A stretch of 64,000 nucleotides of DNA from Candidatus Latescibacterota bacterium. GTDB lineage: Bacteria > Latescibacterota > UBA2968 > UBA8231. Position 1 is the first letter of the stretch; each line of letters starts with the position of its first letter. The stretch lies in contig OZ252098.1 of assembly GCA_965248355.1 (NCBI GenBank), forward strand, positions 2,272,001 through 2,336,000, read 5' to 3'. The position numbers were made by a program, and so were the translations under genes. Shown piece after piece: positions 28,649-38,092 of the stretch. The notes beneath the pieces were generated by a model, which made no database searches, had not been told where the DNA came from, and worked only from the letters and a program-made list of their open reading frames with translations.

Positions 28649-30415
28649 ATGCGCACAACATCGGCGGGGCGGGTGCTCCTCGGCGCCGGGGCGGCGGCCT
28701 GCCTGGGGCTCGCCTCGGGCGCGGCGGGCGAAACCCTCAGCGCCGAGGCCGTGGCCGCCTATCAGCTGCTCGAGGTCGTCGACCCGGAAGCCGTGCCCGG
28801 CGACTTCACCGGCGGCGCCGAGCCCCACTACTGCGGCACGCCGCTGGCGGTGGCCGCCGTGGAGGCCCTGCAGAGCGCCGACCCCTTCGCCGGCCGCCTG
28901 CTGGCCCGCGCCCTGCAGCGGCCATCCCTGGCCCACGAGGTGGTCACGCCCTCCGGCCGCTTCCGCGTCCACTACGACACCGAGGGCCCGGACGCCGTCG
29001 ATCCCGACTACGTGGACCTGGTGATGACCCTGGCCGACAGCGCCTGGCGCGTGCAGGTCGAGGATCTCGGCTACCGGGAACCGCCGCGGGACGAAGGCCA
29101 GGGCGGCGGCGACGAGGTCGACATCTACCTGACCGACGTGGGCCGCTCGCAGCGCTACGGCCTCACCTATCCCATATCGAGCGGGGTCACCGGCCCTAGC
29201 TACCTCGAGATCGACAACGACTTCGAGAACGCGATCTTCGGCAGCGCCAGCGTCTGCCAGGGATACAGCGGCAGCCGCGGCCTCGACGCCCTGCGGGTCA
29301 CCCTGGCCCACGAGTTCTTCCACGTCGTGCAGTTCGGCTACTACCAGGGCGGCGACGGCAGCTGGTGGCAGGAGGCCACGGCCACGTGGATGGAGGACGT
29401 CGTCCATCCCGGGGTGAACGACTATCTCCAGTACGTGTGCGTCTTCCTGGGCTCCCCGGGGCGCGCCCTCGACGGGGGCGATCCGCGGGTCGACTTCCAC
29501 CCCTACGGCAGCTCGATCTTCGCCTTCTTCCTCGACCAGCGCTACGGCCGCGAGATGGTGCGCCGCACCTGGGAGGAGCACGCCCGGCGCCGCTCCGCGA
29601 ACCTCGACAACTTCGACCGCGCCCTGCGCGACTTCCACGGCGAGGCCGGGATCAGCGGCCCCGAGGCCGGTCTGGAGAGCGCCTTCGCCGACTTCGCGCT
29701 CTGGTCCTGGTTCGTGGGCGACCGCTCCCGAGAGGGGTTCTTCGCCGAGGGCGATCTCTACCCCGCCCGCGAGGAGCCGGCCTTCCCCGTGGCCGCGGGC
29801 ACGGAGGTCTCCGACAGCGGCGCCGTCGACCACATGGCCAGCCGCTACCTCCGCTTCGATCCGCGCCTGCTGCCGGGCGGCGCCACGATCCGCATCGACC
29901 AGCCCCGGGGCCGCTGGCGCAACCGCCTGCTGCTGGCGGCGGCCGGCAGCCTGGAGGTCCTGGACCTGGACCGCACGGCCACGGTGCGCGGCTGGGACGC
30001 CTGGGACGAGGTCGTCCTCGTCCTCAGCGACCTCGACCTGGCCGGCGTCGGCTACGACTACGAGGTGGCGGTGGAATACGACCCGGAGCTGGTCGACCAG
30101 GGCGTGACGCCGCCCGTGGCCTCCAGCCTCGACGCCGCCTGGCCGAACCCCTTCCGGCCGGCCCTGCACGGCGACGTGCTCATCCCCTTCTCCCTGCACC
30201 GCCCCAGCGCCGAGGTTCGCCTGACGCTGTACGCCGCGGACGGCGGACGGGTGCGCAGCTTCGACCTGGGGGCGCGCTCGGCCCGGCGGCATCTCGTGCC
30301 CTGGAACGGCGCCAACGAGTCCGGGGAGCCGGTCGGTTCGGGGATCTACTACGCGGTGCTGGAAGCGGAGGGGCTGTCCCTGCGGCGGGCCCTGGCCGTG
30401 GTGCGCGGCCGCTGA
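28649..30415 (+). CDS. Secreted HExxH metalloprotease (MXAN_6640-like) with FlgD-Ig C-terminal domain
   Basis: FRVHY, AHEFFHVVQFGY, WWQEATATWMED; C-terminal WPNPF...WNGANESG..VGSGIYY. Confidence 0.8.
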   Translation: MRTTSAGRVLLGAGAAACLGLASGAAGETLSAEAVAAYQLLEVVDPEAVPGDFTGGAEPHYCGTPLAVAAVEALQSADPFAGRLLARALQRPSLAHEVVTPSGRFRVHYDTEGPDAVDPDYVDLVMTLADSAWRVQVEDLGYREPPRDEGQGGGDEVDIYLTDVGRSQRYGLTYPISSGVTGPSYLEIDNDFENAIFGSASVCQGYSGSRGLDALRVTLAHEFFHVVQFGYYQGGDGSWWQEATATWMEDVVHPGVNDYLQYVCVFLGSPGRALDGGDPRVDFHPYGSSIFAFFLDQRYGREMVRRTWEEHARRRSANLDNFDRALRDFHGEAGISGPEAGLESAFADFALWSWFVGDRSREGFFAEGDLYPAREEPAFPVAAGTEVSDSGAVDHMASRYLRFDPRLLPGGATIRIDQPRGRWRNRLLLAAAGSLEVLDLDRTATVRGWDAWDEVVLVLSDLDLAGVGYDYEVAVEYDPELVDQGVTPPVASSLDAAWPNPFRPALHGDVLIPFSLHRPSAEVRLTLYAADGGRVRSFDLGARSARRHLVPWNGANESGEPVGSGIYYAVLEAEGLSLRRALAVVRGR

Positions 30416-30419
30416 GGCT

Positions 30420-31772
30420 TCAGGCGGTCAGGCGATCCTGTTCCCGGCGCAGCGCCGGCAGGAAGCCCTCCTCCAGAGCCACGTCGGCGTAGCGCACCAC
30501 CTCGCCGGCGGCGACGCCGGTCTTCAGCCGGGCCCCCGGCGACAGGCCGAGGGGCAGCAGCCCTTCGGCGCGGGCCTGCTCCGCGGTCTCGATCACCCCG
30601 TTCACCGTGTACCCGCCCCCACCGTCGAGGACCTCGCCGGCGGCCAGGTCCCGCTTGGCCACGGTGACGGTGTCGGCCACCGGCCGCAGGCGGGGCGCGC
30701 CTGTGGGCCGCTGGTAGAGGGCGGCGCGGGCGATGGACAGGGGCGCCTCGACGGCCACGAGGTGGTAGGCCCGCCAGAGCAGGAAGTTGCGGCCCTCCCC
30801 CCCGGCGTGGCAGTGGTAGCCGGCCAGGTCCTCGCGGATGAAGGGGTGCTCGGCGCGGATGACGCAGAACACGCCCGTGCCCAGCGGGTCGGGCAGCATG
30901 GTGCGTCCGTCCGCGGCGACGCTGTTGGCCAGCTCGACCACGCCGGAGCGGCCGAGCAGCCCGCCCTCCTCGCGCAGGCTGAACCGGCGCGGGATCTCCT
31001 CCACGTTCACCGAAGGCTCGTGCATGCCGCGCACGTCGGGCGGCAGGCCGGTCATGTTGGCCAGGGCCGTCATCTCCACCTGGGCCTTGGTGCCGTCCCG
31101 GAAGGAGTTGAACATCCTCGTGTTGATGGTGCGCCGCTCCATGAGATCGTCGTCGAAGCCGTAGCGGTCCTGGACCGAATCGGGGGTACCGGCGGAGTCG
31201 TCGGCGTAGCGCACGGTGCCGCGGCCGGCGGCGACGATCTCGAACCCCAGGGTGCGGGCCCACTCGACCAGGTCCATGATGCAGCCCGGCTGGTCGCCGT
31301 CGACGAGGGTGTAGACCACCCCGGCCGCGTCGGCCCGCCTCTTGAGCAGCGCGCCCACGGTGACGTCGGCCTCGACGTTGACCATGACCACGTGACGGCC
31401 GGCCTCGATCGCCGCCAGGGCGTGGCGGGCGCCGGCCTCGGGCGCGCCGGTGGCCTCGACGACGACGTCCACCTCCGGGCAGGCCGCCGCCAGCAGCGGA
31501 TCCCCGGTGACCGCGCAGCGGCCGGAGCGCACGGCGTCGGCCACGGCGGTCTCGGTCCCGGCCTCGGCGGCGCGTTCCGCCGGGCCGCAGGAGGCCAGCA
31601 CCCGGTGCGCCCGCTCCGGGTCGAGATCGGCGACGACGGCGGCCTCCATGCCCGGCGTCTGGGCCAGCTGCACGATCAGCCCGCCCCCGAACTTGCCGGC
31701 GCCGATGACGGCCACGCGGACCGGACGCCCCCGCCGCTCGCGCTCGGCCAGCAGGTCGCTGTAGAGGCTCAC
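30420..31772 (-). CDS. NAD(P)-dependent oxidoreductase with C-terminal SAF domain (homoserine dehydrogenase-like)
   Basis: VIGAGKFG, VMVNVEADVTVG, DGDQPG, DGTK, AKRDLAAGEVLDG.GGY; GTG start overlaps the upstream stop. Confidence 0.88.
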   Translation of the reverse strand: MSLYSDLLAERERRGRPVRVAVIGAGKFGGGLIVQLAQTPGMEAAVVADLDPERAHRVLASCGPAERAAEAGTETAVADAVRSGRCAVTGDPLLAAACPEVDVVVEATGAPEAGARHALAAIEAGRHVVMVNVEADVTVGALLKRRADAAGVVYTLVDGDQPGCIMDLVEWARTLGFEIVAAGRGTVRYADDSAGTPDSVQDRYGFDDDLMERRTINTRMFNSFRDGTKAQVEMTALANMTGLPPDVRGMHEPSVNVEEIPRRFSLREEGGLLGRSGVVELANSVAADGRTMLPDPLGTGVFCVIRAEHPFIREDLAGYHCHAGGEGRNFLLWRAYHLVAVEAPLSIARAALYQRPTGAPRLRPVADTVTVAKRDLAAGEVLDGGGGYTVNGVIETAEQARAEGLLPLGLSPGARLKTGVAAGEVVRYADVALEEGFLPALRREQDRLTA

Positions 31773-32782
31773 AGGGTCACGGTCCGGCCCGTCTGCCCGG
31801 CCTCGAGGGCGGCCAGGCAGAGGGCCAGGGACTTCACCGCGTCGCCGTAGGGCGAGCGGACCCTCGAGCCGTCGCCGGCGGCCACGGCCTCGACGAAGAC
31901 CTCGTCGATCCCCGGGCCGGGGGCGGTGCGGGTCTCGGTCGCCATCTCCTCCCCGGCGCCGTCCTCGGAGGGGCGCCGGCGGCGGACGGCCACCTGGTCC
32001 CGCCCCCAGGTGAGCAGGCACTGGTCGTAGAGGACGTCGACGATGTTGGTCTCGCTCCAGTCGAGGTTGTCGTAGGCCCAGGTCGTGGTCAGCGTGCCGA
32101 GGGCGCCGCTCTCGAACTCGAGGATGACGGCGTGCACGTCGGGGCAGTCGATGTGGGGGATCTGCCGGTTGGCCTGGCGCGCCGTCACCGCGCCGACCTC
32201 GCCCACGAGGCAGCGCATCATGTCGAGGGTGTGGGTGGCCTGCTCCACGAGCTGCCCCCCGGACCGGGCCAGGGTCGTGACCCAGCTCCTGCTCCCCGGC
32301 GCGACCCGGCCCGAACCGCTCCAGTAACGGCCGCTGGCGAGGCTGACGGCGGCGCCGTCGAGGGCCTGCCGGGCGACGTCGGTGGAGCCGAGATAGCGCA
32401 GCTGGTAGCCGACGCAGGTGAGCAGGCCGGCGGCCTCGACGGCGGCCTCGATCTCGAGGGCCTGCTCGAGGTGGCGGGCCACCGGCTTCTCCACGAAGAA
32501 CGGCAGCCCGCGCTCGACGACGGCCAGCTCCGGGTCGCCGTGGGCGAAGACCGGGAGGCTGAGGTAGACGGCGTCCAGGTCGTCGCGCTCGAGCAGGCGG
32601 CGGAAGTCGGTGAAGGCCTCGGCGCCGGTGCGTTCCGCCGCCTCGCCGGCCCGGGCTTCGTCGATGTCGCACACCGCCGCCAGGCGCGCCTCCTCCATGC
32701 CGGCGAGCCGGTTCATGTGGCCGCGGGCGTTGCCGCCGCAGCCGATGAACCCGATGCCGACGGACTTCTCTTCCTCTGCCAC
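31769..32782 (-). CDS. Gfo/Idh/MocA family oxidoreductase
   Basis: IGFIGCGG, FVEKPVA, SGGQLVEQATH. Confidence 0.88.
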   Translation of the reverse strand: MAEEEKSVGIGFIGCGGNARGHMNRLAGMEEARLAAVCDIDEARAGEAAERTGAEAFTDFRRLLERDDLDAVYLSLPVFAHGDPELAVVERGLPFFVEKPVARHLEQALEIEAAVEAAGLLTCVGYQLRYLGSTDVARQALDGAAVSLASGRYWSGSGRVAPGSRSWVTTLARSGGQLVEQATHTLDMMRCLVGEVGAVTARQANRQIPHIDCPDVHAVILEFESGALGTLTTTWAYDNLDWSETNIVDVLYDQCLLTWGRDQVAVRRRRPSEDGAGEEMATETRTAPGPGIDEVFVEAVAAGDGSRVRSPYGDAVKSLALCLAALEAGQTGRTVTL

Positions 32783-32899
32783 GAAGCACCCCTCCGGTTT
32801 GCGGTCCCGGCCCGCCGGCGTCCGCGTGGCGCCCGGCGGCACGGCCGGCGTGACGATAGCGGATCCCCGGATCCGGAGAAAGCCGGCCCGGGTTTCCGC

Positions 32900-32929
32900 T
32901 TGCCCGCCGGCTTCCGCCCTGGGTATACT
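32900..32929 (+). promoter_or_regulatory. Putative sigma70 promoter of the helicase gene
   Basis: TTGCCC...TATACT (spacer ~18) in an AT-richer patch between divergent genes. Confidence 0.45.
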
Positions 32930-32930
32930 T

Positions 32931-35900
32931 ATGAACCAGTGCTTGTTTGAGCCTCATCCGTGGAAGCCGTCGATCCCGTTGATCCGACCCTTGTCACCCG
33001 AGGAATGCCCCGCCGACCCCGACCCGGGTGGTGACCTGACCGCCTACCTGCGCTACCTCGAAGGCACCCTGCTGTCCGACAGCCTCGTCCACCGGGAGGT
33101 CCTGCCCCCGCGGCCGGCGCGCCACGCCGGCGGCGCCTCCCATCTCGGCGGCGGCGTCGCCCGGGTGCTCGCCGCCGCCGGCATCGAGCGGCTCTGGAGC
33201 CACCAGGAGGAGGGCATCGGGCACCTGCAGGCGGGCCGCAACGTCGTCGTGGCCACGCCCACGGCCTCGGGCAAGACCCTGGTCTACAACGCCGCCGTCC
33301 TCGCCGATCTCCTGGGCGAGCCGTCGGGGTTCGCCATCTACGTCTTCCCCCTCAAGGCCCTGGCCCACGACCAGCTCGACGAGCTGCGCAGCCTGCTGGC
33401 CAACATGGCCTGCGGCCTCACCGCCGAGATCTACGACGGCGACACCAAGCGCCACGTGCGAGACCGCATCCGCCGCCATCCGCCGAACATCCTGATCACC
33501 ACGCCCGACATGCTGCACGCCGGGCTGCTGGCCTTCCACGAGGCGTGGGAGGAGGTGTGGCGGAACCTGCGCTGGGTCGTGATCGACGAGCTGCACACCT
33601 ACAACGGCATCTTCGGCTCCCACGTCCTGCACCTGTTCCGGCGCCTCGACCGTCTGTGCGCCGCCTACGGCGCCGAGCCGCGCTACGTCACCTGCTCGGC
33701 CACCATCGGCAATCCCCGGCCGCTGGCCGAAGGGCTATTCGGCCGGCCCTTCACCGCCGTGACCCGCTCCGGGGCGCCGGCGGCGGCGCGCCACTTCCTG
33801 ATCGCCGATCCCGCGGAGAGTCCCAACACGGCCGCCGCCCGCCTGCTGCAGTCCGCGGTCGAGCGCCGGCTGCGCTCCATCGTCTTCACCAGGGCCCGCG
33901 TGGCCACGGAGCTGATCTACCGGTGGGCGACCCAGCACCGCCGCGGCCTGCGGGACCGCATCAGCTCCTACCGGGCCGGCTACCTGCCCGAGGAGCGCCG
34001 CCAGATCGAGTCGCGGCTGATCTCCGGCGAGCTGCTCGGCGTGGTCAGCACCTCGGCCCTGGAGCTCGGCATCGACATCGGCGGGCTCGACGTCTGCGTC
34101 CTCGTCGGCTACCCCGGGTCGATCGTCGGCACCTGGCAGCGCGCCGGCCGCGTCGGCCGCCAGGGCCGCGAGTCCATCGTCGTCCTGCTGGCCGGCCGCG
34201 ACGCCCTCGATCAGTACTACGCCAGGCATCCGGAGCGGTTCTTCGGCCGCGACATCGAGGACGCCGTGGCCGACCCCTCCAACCGCTACATCCTCGACCA
34301 GCACCTGCCCTGCGCCGCCCGCGAGCGGCCCCTGACCCTCGACGAGCCCGGATACGCGGCGGTCCCCGGGTACGGGCCGGCCCTGGAGCGGCTGACCGGG
34401 CGCGGGGAGCTGCTCCAGAGCGCCGGGGGCGACGCCTGGTTCGCCTCCCGGAAGCGGCCCCACCGGCGGGTGAACATGCGCGCCATCGGCGAGAGCTGGT
34501 CGATCGTCGCCGGCGGGACGGACCGGCCGCGCCCCGGGCCTGAGGGCGAGGCCGCCGGCCGGGGGCGGGCCATCGGCACGGTCTCCGGCGGCCAGCTCCA
34601 CGCCGAGTGCCACGAAGGCGCCATCTACCTGCACCGGGGCCGCCAGTACCTCATCGGCGAACGCCACCCGGTGAAGCGGCAGATCGGCGCCCAGGTCGTC
34701 GACGTGCCCTACTACACGAGACCCACGAGGGAGAAGGAGACGGAGATCCTCGAGGAGCTGGCCTGCCGGCCCATGCACGGCTACCAGGCCAAGCTCGGGC
34801 GCCTGCTCGTGCGCTCCCAGGTGACCGCCTTCGAGAAGGTCCGCGTCGGCGACCAGGCCGTGATCTCGCGCCACCCACTGGACAGCCCCGTGGAGACCTT
34901 CGAGACCGTCGGCCTCTGGCTCGAGATGGACGCCCCCTTCAAGAAGCAGCTCAAGCGCCGCGGCCATCACCACATGGGATCCCTGCACGCCGCCGAGCAC
35001 GCCGCCAAGTCCCTGTTCCCGCTGCTGGCCCTGAGCAAGAGCACCGACGTGGGCGGCATCTGCTACCCCCTGCACCCGCAGCTGCGCAAGGGAGCGATCT
35101 TAGTCTACGACCAGTACCCCGGGGGCATCGGCCTGGCCGAGAAGGGCTTCGACATGCTCGACCGCCTCCTCGAGCTGACCCTGGGCCTGGTGGAAGGCTG
35201 CGACTGCGAGGAGGGCTGCCCCTCGTGCATCCACTTCCCCTCCTGCGGCGCCGGCAACCACCCCCTCGACAAGGCCGGCTGCATCCATCTGCTGGAGCTG
35301 CTCGGCGGGCGCATCGGCCTGGACCCGGAGTCCCTCGACGGGGACGACCTGGAGGCGGAGCCGCCCCTCTTCGCCGACTGGGAAGCCGCGGGCGGGGAGG
35401 ACGGACCCGGGGCGCCCGAGCCTGAGGAGCGGCACGTCGTCGTCTTCGACCTGGAGACCCAGCTCAGCGCCGCCGAGGTCGGCGGCTGGAACCGCACCTA
35501 CCTGATGAGAGTGAGCTGCGGCATCCTCTGGGACAGCCGCCGCGACGAGTTCGTCACCTACTTCGAGGACCGCGTGCCCCAGCTCATCGAGCACCTCCGG
35601 TCGGCCGATCTCGTGGTCGGCTTCAACTGCATCGGCTTCGACTACTCCGTCCTGCGCGGCTACACCCGCTTCGACTTCCGCGACCTCGCCACCCTCGACA
35701 TGCTGCGCGAGATCCGCGACCACCTGAACTACCGCGTCAGCCTCAACAGCCTCGCCCAGGCCACCCTGGAGGAAGAGAAGACCGCCGACGGACTGCAGGC
35801 CCTGCGCTGGTGGAAGCAGGGGCGTCTCGACCTGATCGAGGAGTACTGCCGCAACGACGTCCGCATCACCCGCGACATCTGGCGCTTCGGCCGCGACCAC

Positions 35901-36032
35901 GGCTACCTGCTCTTCGACCGCCGCGGCGAGGGGCGGATGCGGGTGCCCGTGGACTTCCGGGAGGCCGAGCCGGCCGGGGTCAGAGCTGGGTCAGGGCCGC
36001 GATCAGCGCCGTCTGGGCGCCGAAGAGGGTGA
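32931..36032 (+). CDS. DEAD/DEAH helicase with DUF1998 Zn domain (MrfA/YprA/SftH-like) fused to a YprB/RNase H-like exonuclease
   Basis: TPTASGKT, DELH, SAT, YRAGY, ALELGIDIG, QRAGRVGR, CDCEEGCPSC..C; C-terminal VFDLETQ..VGFN..FD..YCRND. True start may lie slightly downstream. Confidence 0.9.
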   Translation: MNQCLFEPHPWKPSIPLIRPLSPEECPADPDPGGDLTAYLRYLEGTLLSDSLVHREVLPPRPARHAGGASHLGGGVARVLAAAGIERLWSHQEEGIGHLQAGRNVVVATPTASGKTLVYNAAVLADLLGEPSGFAIYVFPLKALAHDQLDELRSLLANMACGLTAEIYDGDTKRHVRDRIRRHPPNILITTPDMLHAGLLAFHEAWEEVWRNLRWVVIDELHTYNGIFGSHVLHLFRRLDRLCAAYGAEPRYVTCSATIGNPRPLAEGLFGRPFTAVTRSGAPAAARHFLIADPAESPNTAAARLLQSAVERRLRSIVFTRARVATELIYRWATQHRRGLRDRISSYRAGYLPEERRQIESRLISGELLGVVSTSALELGIDIGGLDVCVLVGYPGSIVGTWQRAGRVGRQGRESIVVLLAGRDALDQYYARHPERFFGRDIEDAVADPSNRYILDQHLPCAARERPLTLDEPGYAAVPGYGPALERLTGRGELLQSAGGDAWFASRKRPHRRVNMRAIGESWSIVAGGTDRPRPGPEGEAAGRGRAIGTVSGGQLHAECHEGAIYLHRGRQYLIGERHPVKRQIGAQVVDVPYYTRPTREKETEILEELACRPMHGYQAKLGRLLVRSQVTAFEKVRVGDQAVISRHPLDSPVETFETVGLWLEMDAPFKKQLKRRGHHHMGSLHAAEHAAKSLFPLLALSKSTDVGGICYPLHPQLRKGAILVYDQYPGGIGLAEKGFDMLDRLLELTLGLVEGCDCEEGCPSCIHFPSCGAGNHPLDKAGCIHLLELLGGRIGLDPESLDGDDLEAEPPLFADWEAAGGEDGPGAPEPEERHVVVFDLETQLSAAEVGGWNRTYLMRVSCGILWDSRRDEFVTYFEDRVPQLIEHLRSADLVVGFNCIGFDYSVLRGYTRFDFRDLATLDMLREIRDHLNYRVSLNSLAQATLEEEKTADGLQALRWWKQGRLDLIEEYCRNDVRITRDIWRFGRDHGYLLFDRRGEGRMRVPVDFREAEPAGVRAGSGPRSAPSGRRRG

Positions 36033-36438
36033 CCATGATCCCGATGGTCCAGTAGAACCGGGTGTCCATGATCCGGCGCATCTCGTCGAAGCGCCGGTCG
36101 ACCTGGGCGAAGCGGGAGTCCACCTGCGCGAAGCGGGCATCCACCTGGACAAAGCGCTCGTCGATCTGGGCGAAACGAGCGTCCACCTGGACGAAGCGCT
36201 CATCGATCTGTGCGAAGCGGGCGTCCACCTGCGCCCGATGCTCGCGGACCTCCGTGCGGAGTTCCTGGATATCCCCGCGGACCTCCGTGCGCAGCTCGCG
36301 GAGATCCTGCCGGTTTTGCTCGCGAAGGTCCCGGACCTCCAGCCGGAGATCCCTGATGTCCTCGCTCAGATGGATGGCCCAGTGCATTTCCTCGGCCGGG
36401 GGTGCCTGCGGCGAGCCGCCGCTGTCGGGCTGTGCCAT
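35980..36438 (-). CDS. Coiled-coil heptad-repeat protein with C-terminal membrane anchor (DUF1640/CCDC90-like)
   Basis: Repeats VDARFAQ/IDERFVQ, then hydrophobic FYWTIGIMVTLFGA. Confidence 0.75.
   Translation of the reverse strand: MAQPDSGGSPQAPPAEEMHWAIHLSEDIRDLRLEVRDLREQNRQDLRELRTEVRGDIQELRTEVREHRAQVDARFAQIDERFVQVDARFAQIDERFVQVDARFAQVDSRFAQVDRRFDEMRRIMDTRFYWTIGIMVTLFGAQTALIAALTQL
36085..36232. repeat. 21-bp (7-aa) tandem repeat, ~7 degenerate units
   Basis: Recurring gaagcgggcgtccacctg / gaagcgctc.tcgatctg units. Confidence 0.85.
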
Positions 36439-36849
36439 GGGGCGAATCCTCGAATGTAGGCGGTTGGGCCAGCGGCCAGCAATGCAATCGAGGGGCCAGC
36501 GCCGCGCCGTCAGCGATGGTCCCCCGGGCGGCGCCATCCGTGTAACCCATGGCGCCCACTCGCGTGTCCCCCCCGCCGCAGGCCCTCGGCTCGGGCCCCG
36601 CGGTGGCACACGAGCCCACACCTGCGGCGACGGGAGGCGCCCTCGACCAGCCGGGCCGCGACGGGGGGGCTGCGCTCCAGGAGAGGGGAGCCTCGGCCTG
36701 CGCTCCGGCGGCGCCGGCCGGTGGCACCGCCGACCCCAACGCGTGAGCGGGCGGGATCCGCTCGCAGGATCCGGTTGACCGGGGGCTGCCGCGGCGGCAG
36801 ATTCCGCGCCCCGGCCGGTCTGTTCGACGCCACTCCCGGAAGGTGATCC

Positions 36850-37779
36850 ATGGCCATCGCCATGACCCCGCGGCAGGAGCAGGACTTCGAGGAGAAGGGC
36901 TACGTCGTCCTCGACGACTTCCTCGCGGCTCCCGAAGTCGACCGTCTTCTCGCCGCGGTCGACGAGGTCGCCGCGCGCATCAGGGAATCCTCCGGACTCG
37001 GCCCCGGCGAGCCCTTCGCCTTGCGCAACGCCCTCGCCCACCACGAGGCCTTCCTCGACCTGGTCGATCACCCGAAGGCCCTGCCTCTCGTCGTCGACGC
37101 CATCGGCTGGAACATCCAGGTCCGCACCTCCCACCTCGACTACCGCCCCCCCTATCCCGGGGACATGCGCGCCGGCGCCGTCGGCCTCGGCGACGGGGAG
37201 GACCAGGAGGCCGGGTACCGCAACGTCAACTGGCACCCCGACCTGGCCGGCAACTACCTCTTCGAGGCCCCCTCCCTCGACGGGCGTCTGCCCTTCATGG
37301 AAATCAAGATCTTCTACGCCCTGTCGGACCTCAGCGAATCGAACCGCGGCAACCTGTGGATGATTCCCGGCAGCCACCTGCGCCCCCCGCGGGAGCTGCG
37401 CGAGGGCGCCGGGGTCGATCCCGAGGCCGCCGTGGAGCTGAGGATCCCCCGCGGCACGGCGGTCCTGTGGCGCACCGCCACCTGGCACTGCGTGGGCCCC
37501 AACCTGTCGGCGAGGACGCGCCAGATCATGCACGTGGGCTACCACTACCGCTGGCTGCGCCCCACCGACTACGTGGAGCAGGACCCCGCCTTGATCGAGC
37601 GCAGCTCCCCGATCCGCCGACAGCTGCTGGGAGCGCTGGCCCCCGGGTCCCATCCGCTCGGGGAGGCGCCGGAGTTCCACCCCGCCTCCCAGTACTGGAT
37701 CTCCCGCAACTGGGACGACGTTCCGCTCCGGGCCTGGGCGGAAGCGCAGGGGGCGGCGGCGACCACGGATCCGATGTAG
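36850..37779 (+). CDS. Phytanoyl-CoA dioxygenase family (Fe/2OG) protein
   Basis: FEEKGYVVL, WHPD, PGSH, WHCVGPN..R. Confidence 0.9.
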   Translation: MAIAMTPRQEQDFEEKGYVVLDDFLAAPEVDRLLAAVDEVAARIRESSGLGPGEPFALRNALAHHEAFLDLVDHPKALPLVVDAIGWNIQVRTSHLDYRPPYPGDMRAGAVGLGDGEDQEAGYRNVNWHPDLAGNYLFEAPSLDGRLPFMEIKIFYALSDLSESNRGNLWMIPGSHLRPPRELREGAGVDPEAAVELRIPRGTAVLWRTATWHCVGPNLSARTRQIMHVGYHYRWLRPTDYVEQDPALIERSSPIRRQLLGALAPGSHPLGEAPEFHPASQYWISRNWDDVPLRAWAEAQGAAATTDPM

Positions 37780-38092
37780 CGTCCCATGACCGCGGCCGGA
37801 TTGGCCACCGACACCCAACCTGTATCCCACCTCGATGGCCCACCGAATTCACCCAAGGCAGGGCCGCAAGCCGGAGGTTGATCCCGATGATGCCCCACTG
37901 TATTTTCCGTCCATTCGGCATCCGTTAGACTCAGACTCAATGCTTACGATGAAGCAAACGCGCAATGGTTCAGTGCCATTGCACACGGAGTGAAGGATGA
38001 TGAAAAGATGTTGTAGGTCTGAACGCCGTTCCGGAGTCATGTTTCACAGTAAGAGCTTCCTTACAGTGCCCAGAGCTTGACTCCGTACCCCC

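Noticed and set aside
32918..32945. LexA/SOS box before the repair helicase
   Set aside because: Only a half-site-like match (TGAACCAG); no convincing palindrome.
36085..36232. Possible CRISPR array
   Set aside because: Contiguous in-frame 21-bp units with no unique spacers and no cas genes.
36440..36849. Hairpin-rich 400-bp intergenic region as ncRNA or riboswitch
   Set aside because: Several GC hairpins (e.g. GGCGCCAT-N11-ATGGCGCC) but no recognisable family motif; expected by chance at this GC. An Rfam search is needed.
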